From: Gammaproteobacteria bacterium
GTDB lineage: Bacteria; Pseudomonadota; Gammaproteobacteria; Steroidobacterales; XN24
Assembly (NCBI GenBank): GCA_037383845.1
Contig: JARRON010000012.1
Span: forward strand, 752 to 64,751
Length of the DNA: 64,000 nt
Direction of reading: 5' to 3'
Below the pieces are notes generated by a model that saw only the letters and a list, made by a program, of their open reading frames with translations, was not told the DNA's origin and made no database searches. Positions within the stretch are counted from its first letter, which is position 1. Every line of letters starts with the position of its first letter. This document shows, one piece after another, positions 9,096 to 19,723 of the stretch. The translations under genes and the position numbers were made by a program.

Positions 9096-10692
9096 TCAGT
9101 GGTCCACTGCCGCCCCGGCACCTCTCGGCACCCGGATGTCTTCGATCAGGTGCTGGATGTGCTCCGGCGGGGGCGGCGTCAGCTTCATGACGATGGTCGC
9201 GATCACGAAGTTCACGATCATGCCGATGCTGCCGATGCCCTCCGGCGAGATGCCGAACAGCCAGTTGTCCGGCGTGTTCGCGCCGGGGTTGATGAACTTG
9301 AAGTAGACGATGTAGCCGAAAGTGAAGGCCAGGCCGGTGATCATGCCGGCGATCGCCCCTTCCTTGTTCATCCGCTTGGAGAAGATGCCCATGATGATCA
9401 CGGGGAAGAACGAGGCTGCGGCGAGGCCGAAGGCGAATGCCACCACCTGTGCCACGAATCCTGGTGGATTGATGCCGAAGTAGCCGGCCACCATGACCGC
9501 GAAGGCGGCCGCGATGCGGGCGTACAACAAGACCGCCGGCGGCCACCAGGGCTGTCACCCAGTTCGGCAGACCGCCGATCTCCGGGTTGGCGAGCACCAT
9601 GATGTCCCGGTCGACGTTCAGCTCGTTGGCCATGCCGTCCGGCGCGTTGGGCCCGCGGATCTGCACCCGGCCGTCGCCGTTCTTGTCCTCGAACTTGAGC
9701 AGACCCGTCTTCTCCCAGTTCGTGAACCACTCCGGAGCCTCCGCGTACGGGCTCTCGTTGATGGTCTGGATCAGGTTCGTGCGGGCGAAGGCCGCCACGG
9801 CGGGAGCCGTGGTGTAGAGCAGGGCGATGAACAGCAGCGCCCAGCCCGCGGACCGGCGGGCATCACGGACCTTGGGCACCGTGAAGAAGCGCACGATCAC
9901 GTGGGGCAGCCCGGCGGTGCCCACCATCAGCGCGAAGGTGATGGCGAACACGTCCACCATGGCTTTTGTGCCGTCTGTATAGGGCGTAAAGCCCAGCTCC
10001 GCGGTGAGGCCGTCCAGCCTGTCAAGGAGGTACACCCCCGAGCCGTCGGCCAGGGTGCTGCCGAAACCCAGCTGCGGGATCGGATTCCCGGTCATGAGCA
10101 GGGACAGGAAAATGGCCGGCACCAGGTAGGCGAAGATCAGCACGCAGTACTGGGCCACCTGGGTGTAGGTGATGCCTTTCATCCCGCCCAGCACGGCGTA
10201 GAAGAACACGATGGCCATGCCTATGAATACGCCGGTGTTGATATCCACTTCCAGGAAGCGGGAGAAGACGATGCCCACGCCGCGCATCTGTCCCGCCACG
10301 TACGTGAACGAGACGAAGATGGCGCAGACCACGGCCACCACCCGAGCGGTGCTGGAGTAGTAGCGGTCGCCGACGAACTCCGGCACGGTGAACTTGCCGA
10401 ACTTGCGCAGGTACGGCGCCAGCAGCAATGCCAGCAGGACGTAACCGCCGGTCCATCCCATCAGGTAGACAGCGCCGTCCCGGCCGATAAAGGCGATCAG
10501 GCCGGCCATGGAGATGAACGATGCCGCCGACATCCAGTCTGCAGCGGTCGCCATGCCGTTGGCCACGGGGTGCACGCCCCGGCCTGCCACGTAGAACGCA
10601 CCCGTGGTGGCGGCCTTGGCCCAGATGGCGATGCCGATGTAGATGGCAAAGGTAATGCCGACGACGATAAAAGTAAGCGTCTGAAGATCCAT
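9096..10692 (-). pseudogene. sodium:solute symporter of the DUF4212-associated (VC_2705/ActP-like) subfamily, reading frame broken near 9529
   Basis: Frame 1 (from ATG 10692) is protein-like for 388 codons, up to ..LPNWVTALVAAGGL, then turns into Arg/His/Gly junk. A second frame resumes at 9530 with LLYARIAAAFAVMVAGYFGINPPGFVAQVVAFAFGLAAASFFPVIIMGIFSKRMNKEGA.. and runs to the stop at 9096. The helix normally lying between these blocks is missing. Confidence 0.8.
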
Positions 10693-10704
10693 GTCGTCAG
10701 CCCC

Positions 10705-10968
<264 letters not shown>

Positions 10969-11218
10969 ATGCCCCTCCCCATGTTGTTGTAACCGGCGTG
11001 AATGCCGGGAGCGCAAGTGACGAACCGAATCTATCAGAGGGCGCCGGCGGGTGGTTCCCGACTTTAGTCGCAGGGCGGGGCACATGCTGCGGCGCGCCAT
11101 GAGTGACGAAGCGCTTTATCCTGCAGGCCGCACGGGATAGCATCCGTCGGACCGCACCGGCCGCCGCCATGGAAGGCCAGGTAAACCACCAACAAAAGCC
11201 GGGCGGGGAGGATGCGAG

Positions 11219-14200
11219 ATGCTGCAGACCTGGGTTCCCCCGGTCGTTGCTCTGGGGTACGCGTGCGTGCTGTTCGGCGTCGCCTGGCTGGGCGACAAGA
11301 AGCGCGTCGCCGGTCGTTTCGTGCCGGCGCCCGTCGTGTACAGCCTCGCCCTCGGCGTCTACTGCACTTCCTGGACCTTTTTCGGAGCCGTTGGCAGGGC
11401 TGCCTCGGACGGCTGGGACTTCACGGCCATCTACCTGGGCCCCATTCTCGTCTTTGCCGTCCTCACGGCGCTGCCGGCGCGCATGATCGCCGTCAGCAAG
11501 GAACAGAGCATCACGTCCATCGCCGACTTCATCGCCTCCCGCTACGGCAAGGCCCAGGGGCTGGCGGTGCTGGCGTCTCTTATCGCGCTGATGGCCGTGC
11601 TCCCCTACATTGCGCTGCAGCTAAAGGCGGTGGCCGGCAGCTACGCGGTCATCACCGGCCGGGACGGCATGCACGTGGTGCCGGGCGTCGGCGACGACAC
11701 GGCCCTGCTCGTGGCGGGACTGCTGGCGGTGTTCAGCATTCTCTTCGGCACCCGCCACGTGGACACCACCGAGAGCCACCGTGGCATGGTCCTGGCCATC
11801 GCCTTTGAATCGGCGGTCAAGCTTGTCGCCTTCCTGGCGGTGGGCCTTTACGTCATGTTCGGCCTGTTCGACGGCCCCGGGGCGCTGGTGGACGCCGCCC
11901 GGGCCGACGCAGCCGTCGCCGAACTCTACAGCCTCGGCAGTTTCGACCAGGATTTCCTGGTCCACGCCGGACTGGCCATCCTGGCCATCCTGTGCCTGCC
12001 GCGGCAGTTCCACGTCACGGTGGTCGAGAACACCGGCCCGAGGGACCTGGCCATGGCCCGCTGGGCGTTCCCGGCCTACCTGGGGCTGTTCACGCTTTTT
12101 GTTGCGCCCATCGCCGTGGCGGGGGTGCTGACCCAGGGCGCGGGCACGAACGCGGACAGCTTCGTGCTGACACTGCCGCTGGAAAACGGGGCGCCGGGGA
12201 TCGCGCTCCTGGCCTTCCTGGGCGGGTTCTCGGCGGCCACCGGCATGGTCATCGTCGGCACCATCTCCTGTGCCACCATGCTCTGCAACGAGGTGGTGAT
12301 GCCTGCGCTGGTCAAGTTTGCCCACCAGGACGTGTCTGCCCGGCCGGACCTGGTGAGGCTCCTGAAGCGCATCCGCCGCGTCCTGATCGTACTGATCCTC
12401 GCCCTGGCCTGGCTGGTCTACCGGACCATCGGCCCCTACGGCGCGCTGGCTTCCATCGGCCTGCTTTCCTTTGTGCTGGCCGCCCAGTTCGGGCCGGCCC
12501 TCATCGGCGGGCTGTACTGGCGCCGTGCCACCCGGGCGGGTGCCCTGGCGGGACTGGCCGCCGGCTCCGTCCTCTGGACCTGGACACTGCTGATACCCGC
12601 CTTTGCGAAAACGGGCTGGCTCTCCGCCGGCCTCATGGACGCCGGCCCCTTCGGACTGACCTGGCTGGCGCCCTACGGCCTGTTCGGCCTCACCGGCATG
12701 GACCCTGTGATCCACGGGACCCTGTGGAGCCTGGGGCTGAACCTGGCTTTCTACGTGGGCGTCTCCCTGTACACCTCGCCCCGGCTGCTGGAACGGCGCC
12801 AGGCGGCGGCCTTCGTGGGCAGCAACGGCAACGGCGCCATCAGCGAACGCCTGCGGGGGTCCGCCACCGCCGGGGACCTGCTTATCCTGGCGGAGCGCTT
12901 CATCGGCCGGCAGAAGGCCGCCTCGTCTTTTCGCGCCCATCTCGCCGAGAGAGGCCTGACCCTTTCCGAGGGACTCCGCGCTGACGTCCAGCTCGTCGCC
13001 CTGACGGAGCGACTCCTTTCCGGCGCCATGGGAGCGACGGCGGCGCGCATGGTGATGGCGTCCGCGCTGAAGGGAGCCGAGCTCCAGCTGGAGGACGTGG
13101 CCAGCATCATGGGCGAGACGTCCCAGGCCTCCCGGTTCAACCGGGACCTGATCGAGAGCACCCTGGAGAACGTGGCCGAGGGGATCAGTGTGGTGGACGC
13201 CGATCTCCGGCTGGTGGCCTGGAACCGGCGCTACGCCGAGTTCTTCCGGTATCCGCCGGAGCTGCTGACCGTCGGCATGCCGCTGGCCAACCTGATACGC
13301 CACAACGCCCGGCGGGGCCTCTGCGGCCCGGGCGATCCCGAAGACCACGTGGCGAAGCGCATCGAGCACCTCCGGCGCGGCGGCTCCCACGTCTACCAGC
13401 GGGTCCGGGAAGACGGCACCGTGCTGCAGATGCGGGTCAACCCCATGCCCGGGGGCGGCTTCGTGGCCAGCTTCAGCGACATCACCGAGCTCAAGCGCAT
13501 CGAGGAGGCCCTCCGGGAGAGCGAGCGCAGCATCCGTATCTACACCGACAACGTGCCGGTGCTGATCGCCTACGTGGACCGGGAGCTGGTCTACCGCTTC
13601 GTCAACAAGGCCTACGAGCGCTCCCTCGGTCTGAGCCGTGAAGACATCTGCGGCCGGCGGGTCGATGAGGTCCTGGGACGGCAGCGCTTCCTGGAGCGGG
13701 AGAGTCACATGGAGGCCGCCCTGGAAGGGGCGCGGCAAAGCTTCGAGGTGGAGACCCGGGACGCCAACGGCGAGGTGCGGTTCGCGGAGGCGACCTACAT
13801 CCCCGAGTTCGATGATTCCGGGGCCGTGCAGGGATTCTTCGCCATCTTCCACGACATCAGCGAGCGGCGCCGCGCGGAGCAGGGGCTCAAGAAGGCGTTC
13901 GATACCCTGGAACAGCGGGTGGAGGAGCGCACCCGGGAGCTGTCCGGGCTTAACCGCCGGCTGCGCGGCGAGATCGAGCTGAGAAGCCGCATCGAGCGCG
14001 CCCTACGGGACGCGAAGGCGGAAGCCGAGGGCGCCAACCTCTCCAAGACCCGCTTCCTGGCTGCCGCCAGTCATGACCTGCTCCAGCCCCTGAACGCCGC
14101 CCGGCTGTTCACCTCGGCCCTGGGCCAGCGGGATCTCGACGAGAAGGCCGAGCGGGCGGTGGACCGCATCGACAGTTCCCTTCGGGCCGCCGAGGACCTG

Positions 14201-15142
14201 CTGACCGCTCTCCTGGACATCTCCAAGCTGGATGCAGGCGCCCTGGAGCCCCAGGTGTCGGTGGTTCGCCTCGAGGAACTGCTGGTTGGCCTGGGAACGG
14301 AATTCGGTGCCCTGGCGCGGGAGCGGGACATCCGGCTGGACACCGTGCCGTGTCGGCTCGCCGTTCACAGCGACCGCCAGTTCCTGCGCCGGATTCTGCA
14401 GAACTTCCTGTCCAACGCCCTGCGCTACACGCGGGAGGGGCGGGTGCTGCTGGGCTGCCGGCGCCGGGGCGAGTACGTCTCGATCCAGGTGCTGGATACG
14501 GGACCGGGAATCCCCGAGGAGCATCTGGAGGACGTTTTCGAGGAGTTCCGCCGCCTGCACCCGAAGGACGAGCAGGGTGCCAAGGGTCTCGGGCTGGGCC
14601 TGGCCATCGTCGAACGCATGGCCAGGGCCCTGGGCCACCGGGTCGAGGTCAAGTCGGTCCCGGGCCGGGGGTCAATGTTCTCGGTGTTGGTCCCGGTGGC
14701 CGCGGTGGAGGCGGCGGCGGGAGAGGAGCAGCCGCGCTCCCGCAGCATCTCCGTGCTGGAGGGCGCCCTGGTGCTGTGCGTGGATAACCAGCCCAGCACC
14801 CTGGAAGGCATGGCCCACCTGCTGGAGGGATGGGGCTGCCAGGTGCTGCCGGCGGCCAGCACGGCCGAGGCCATCGCGGCGGTGGACGGGGCGGACCGCA
14901 CGCCCGACCTGGTCCTTGCCGACTACCACCTCGAGGGTGGCGACACCGGCCTGGCCACGCTGGCGGCGATCCGGGAGCTCTGGGGCGACGTGCCCAGCGC
15001 GGTGATTACCGCAGACCATGGGGAAGTCGTGAGGGAGGAAGTGCGCCAGGCGGGTTGCCCGTTGCTGCGCAAGCCACTGAAGCCTGCGGCGCTGCGCGCC
15101 GTTATGAGCCAGATGGTGACGGTGAGGCGCCAGGCCAGCTAG
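11219..15142 (+). CDS. crbS: hybrid sensor histidine kinase with N-terminal SSS-transporter-like domain (CrbS/CbrA type)
   Basis: 1307 aa; ATG 6 nt after GGAGGA. About 500 aa of SSS-like membrane domain (FLGGFSAATGMVIV, AAQFGPALIGGLYW). PAS regions (EGISVVDADLRLVAWNRRY; VPVLIAYVDRELVYRFVNKAY). H-box FLAAASHDLLQPLN. HATPase (VLDTGPGIP, GLGLGLAIV). C-terminal receiver (DLVLADYHL). Confidence 0.85.
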   Translation: MLQTWVPPVVALGYACVLFGVAWLGDKKRVAGRFVPAPVVYSLALGVYCTSWTFFGAVGRAASDGWDFTAIYLGPILVFAVLTALPARMIAVSKEQSITSIADFIASRYGKAQGLAVLASLIALMAVLPYIALQLKAVAGSYAVITGRDGMHVVPGVGDDTALLVAGLLAVFSILFGTRHVDTTESHRGMVLAIAFESAVKLVAFLAVGLYVMFGLFDGPGALVDAARADAAVAELYSLGSFDQDFLVHAGLAILAILCLPRQFHVTVVENTGPRDLAMARWAFPAYLGLFTLFVAPIAVAGVLTQGAGTNADSFVLTLPLENGAPGIALLAFLGGFSAATGMVIVGTISCATMLCNEVVMPALVKFAHQDVSARPDLVRLLKRIRRVLIVLILALAWLVYRTIGPYGALASIGLLSFVLAAQFGPALIGGLYWRRATRAGALAGLAAGSVLWTWTLLIPAFAKTGWLSAGLMDAGPFGLTWLAPYGLFGLTGMDPVIHGTLWSLGLNLAFYVGVSLYTSPRLLERRQAAAFVGSNGNGAISERLRGSATAGDLLILAERFIGRQKAASSFRAHLAERGLTLSEGLRADVQLVALTERLLSGAMGATAARMVMASALKGAELQLEDVASIMGETSQASRFNRDLIESTLENVAEGISVVDADLRLVAWNRRYAEFFRYPPELLTVGMPLANLIRHNARRGLCGPGDPEDHVAKRIEHLRRGGSHVYQRVREDGTVLQMRVNPMPGGGFVASFSDITELKRIEEALRESERSIRIYTDNVPVLIAYVDRELVYRFVNKAYERSLGLSREDICGRRVDEVLGRQRFLERESHMEAALEGARQSFEVETRDANGEVRFAEATYIPEFDDSGAVQGFFAIFHDISERRRAEQGLKKAFDTLEQRVEERTRELSGLNRRLRGEIELRSRIERALRDAKAEAEGANLSKTRFLAAASHDLLQPLNAARLFTSALGQRDLDEKAERAVDRIDSSLRAAEDLLTALLDISKLDAGALEPQVSVVRLEELLVGLGTEFGALARERDIRLDTVPCRLAVHSDRQFLRRILQNFLSNALRYTREGRVLLGCRRRGEYVSIQVLDTGPGIPEEHLEDVFEEFRRLHPKDEQGAKGLGLGLAIVERMARALGHRVEVKSVPGRGSMFSVLVPVAAVEAAAGEEQPRSRSISVLEGALVLCVDNQPSTLEGMAHLLEGWGCQVLPAASTAEAIAAVDGADRTPDLVLADYHLEGGDTGLATLAAIRELWGDVPSAVITADHGEVVREEVRQAGCPLLRKPLKPAALRAVMSQMVTVRRQAS

Positions 15143-15156
15143 CGGACCTGGCCGGT

Positions 15157-15813
15157 TCAGGATTCCTGGCCGATGTCGCTGATGCGCCGGGCGGCCACGG
15201 CGGCCTGGGTCCTGCTGCGCACCCCCAGCTTGCGGAAGATGGCCGTGACGTGGGCCTTGATAGTGGCCTCGGACACGTCAAGCTCCGCGGCGATCTGCTT
15301 GTTGAGCAGCCCATCGGCGAGCATGCTGAGCACGCGGAACTGCTGGGGCGTAAGGGAAGACACCCTTCGCGCCAGGTCCTCGTCCGGAGAGGGCTCGGTG
15401 GTGTCGAGGCCCATGGCCGATTCCGGAAGCCACAGTTCGCCGTCCAGGATGGCGCCGATGGCCTCGGAGATGGCTTCCAGGGTCGAGGACTTGGGGATGA
15501 AACCCGAGGCGCCGAAATCCACTGCGCGGCGCATGACCGCCGGATCACCGGCGGCGGAGACCACGACCACCGGAAGCGCCGGATACTGGTTGCGCAGCCA
15601 GGCCAGGGCCGAAAATCCCTGCGCCCCCGGCATGTCCAGGTCCAGCAGGACGAGATCCGCATCTTCGTTGACGGCCACGGCCGACTGGAGGGTGTCGAAG
15701 GAATCCGCCTCCACGAAATTCACGCCCGGCATCATGGGCCCGAGGGCCTGCTGCAGGGCCTCGCGGAAGAGCGGGTGGTCGTCGGCGACGATGATTCTGG
15801 CAGCTGCGCCCAT
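15157..15813 (-). CDS. crbR: NarL/FixJ-type response regulator (CrbR-like)
   Basis: 218 aa. Receiver domain: IIVADDHPLFREAL ... DLVLLDLDMPG ... PVVVVSA. LuxR HTH: LTPQQFRVLSMLADGLLNKQIAAELDVSEATIKAHVTAIFRKLGV. Lies between crbS and acs. Confidence 0.85.
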   Translation of the reverse strand: MGAAARIIVADDHPLFREALQQALGPMMPGVNFVEADSFDTLQSAVAVNEDADLVLLDLDMPGAQGFSALAWLRNQYPALPVVVVSAAGDPAVMRRAVDFGASGFIPKSSTLEAISEAIGAILDGELWLPESAMGLDTTEPSPDEDLARRVSSLTPQQFRVLSMLADGLLNKQIAAELDVSEATIKAHVTAIFRKLGVRSRTQAAVAARRISDIGQES

Positions 15814-15870
15814 GGCCCCTCAGCAGAGTCGGGCGGCCGGGCTCCCGCCGGAGCCCGACCGTCGTCAGTC

Positions 15871-17817
<1,947 letters not shown>

Positions 17818-18082
17818 GTTGACTCCTCCGGATTCCTTCTTTTCCTGCCGGGGCGGATTGGAACGTCAGTCTCGAACGCACCCCGGAGCCAGACCATTAG
17901 ACCTTTGTAGGGCCGATTTTTCTGCCCGCCCTTCCATCGCCGATAGGGCCTCTGGCTGTTGCATTTCCACAACACATAGAGTCAGGAGAATTACCTATGT
18001 AGAAGCGACGTCCGAGGGTCCAAGATGGGGACTGTGAATCCTGCTGCTTCCAAGGATTTGCCGTGGACTTTGACGGTATCTT

Positions 18083-18128
18083 GGCAACAGTGGCGCGACA
18101 GGCTCTGTTGCCTCGCAGCAACGTTTTT
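18083..18128 (+). promoter_or_regulatory. two mutually exclusive hairpins, the second followed by T5 (attenuator-like or orphan terminator)
   Basis: GGCAACAG (18083-18090) pairs with CTGTTGCC (18105-18112). GTTGC (18107-18111) pairs with GCAAC (18118-18122) and is followed by G-TTTTT (18123-18128). The two stems share 18107-18112. The second stem is short (5-6 bp). Confidence 0.3.
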
Positions 18129-18476
18129 AGACTTTTGACTAATAGCCAGGCGCCGGTGCAGTCCCCATGATGCGCCGTGCGATTGGCCCTAAAAGGCACG
18201 GGGGGATGTCTCCAGTCCCAGTCAGCGTCGGCCCGGGACGTCATGTCCGGCAGGCGGCGCTGGCGAAGAACTGACGGATTTTCCCCACGGCTTGTCCGGA
18301 GCCTGGTTCGCTTCTGGCGTTCCGGGCGCGCGGCGGATACGGGAGGTTTTACTGCCGCGCGGTTTGCGCCCTGCGAGGGGCAAAGGCCTGGGCCGTGCCC
18401 GGGCGGGGCGCCGGACGAACCGCTAGTGAGTCGAAACAGCCTTCGATCAAAAGAGTGACAATCACAGGAGACAGGC

Positions 18477-19556
18477 ATGCCTAGCAAGACTCGTCATATT
18501 TTCGCGGCAGCAGCCGCTGTGTCCCTCGCCGGAATTCTGGGTATGCCATCGGCCGCCCAGGCCGCCTGGCAGATCTCCGATGAGGACAGCAGCATCAAGT
18601 TCGGGTTCCTGGCGCAAATGCGCGCCGAAAGCGTTGATGCCGGATCCGCCGGCGATTCGAACGACCTCTTCTTCCGCAGGCTCCGGCTGCTGGCCGGCGG
18701 CAAGCTGAACGACAACTGGTCGTTCTTCTTCGAGACCGACAGCCCGAACATCGGCAAGGGCTCCGGCAGCGGCAAGGGCACCAGCGACGTCTATATCCAG
18801 GACTTCGTGGTGACCTACAAGCCCGGCGGCGACAGCTTCATGCTCGACTTCGGCATGCTGCTGAACGCGCTGACGTACAACTCGAACCAGTCCGCCGTGT
18901 CCCTGATGACCACCGACTACGCGCCGGTGAGCTTTGTGTGGTCCGGTCCCCTGGACGCGAGGGTCGGCCGTGACTACGGCGTACGCGCCCGCGGCTACCT
19001 GCTGGGCGACCGCCTCGAGTACCGCGCGTCCATCCTGGGCGGCAACCGGGACACCCGCGATGCCGATTACCGCTTCATGGGCCGGCTGGCGTTCAACGTC
19101 TTCACCGCCCAGAAGGGCCTGTTCTATTCCGGAACGACCCTGGGCAAGTCGCAGATCCTGGTGTTCGGCGCCAGCTATGACACCCAGGAAGACTACGAGG
19201 CCTACAGCGTGGACGCCCACTGGGACCAGCCCATTGGCAGCGGCTCCATCACCGTGTCCGGCGCCTGGAGCCACCTGGACGGCGACGACTTCCTGACCAG
19301 CCTGCCTGAGCAGGACAACATCTGGTTCGAGGCCGGCTGGTACTTCGGCGGCCTGAAGCTCATGCCCTTCTTCCAGTACACCGAGCGCGACTTTGACAGC
19401 GAGTCCCTGGCCGACGCGGAAACCATGCAGTTCGGTCTCGGATACATGTTCCGCGGCCATAACGGCAACGTGAAGTTCTCCTGGGCCACGACGGACGTCG
19501 ACGGTGCCGACGACATCGACACGTTCTGGATCAACCTCCAGGCCTTCAAGTTCTAG
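18477..19556 (+). CDS. outer-membrane porin (OprO/OprP-like beta-barrel)
   Basis: 359 aa; GGAGA SD. Signal peptide ...GMPSAAQA/AW. Alternating beta-strand pattern, LFFRRLRLLAGGKL motif, C-terminal aromatic residue (..NLQAFKF). Confidence 0.7.
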   Translation: MPSKTRHIFAAAAAVSLAGILGMPSAAQAAWQISDEDSSIKFGFLAQMRAESVDAGSAGDSNDLFFRRLRLLAGGKLNDNWSFFFETDSPNIGKGSGSGKGTSDVYIQDFVVTYKPGGDSFMLDFGMLLNALTYNSNQSAVSLMTTDYAPVSFVWSGPLDARVGRDYGVRARGYLLGDRLEYRASILGGNRDTRDADYRFMGRLAFNVFTAQKGLFYSGTTLGKSQILVFGASYDTQEDYEAYSVDAHWDQPIGSGSITVSGAWSHLDGDDFLTSLPEQDNIWFEAGWYFGGLKLMPFFQYTERDFDSESLADAETMQFGLGYMFRGHNGNVKFSWATTDVDGADDIDTFWINLQAFKF

Positions 19557-19723
19557 CCATCGGCTGATATCTGCCTGACAGGCGCCCCCGGTCCGGACAG
19601 GGCCGGGGGCGTTTTCTTTCGCCTGCAGGTGCTCCCCGGCGCCGGTGCGTCATCGACGGTCGCGGCCGCGCCACGGAACCGGTGCTTGGCCCGGGCCGGG
19701 TACCGGTCTATCTTTTGCCTCCC

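Noticed and set aside
18081-18100. TGGCAA-N5-GCGCG resembling the -24 element of a sigma-54 promoter in the acs/porin spacer. A similar TGGCTG-TTGCA lies near 17960.
   Set aside because: The GG/GC spacing does not fit the -24/-12 geometry (TGGCAC-N5-TTGC) in either case.
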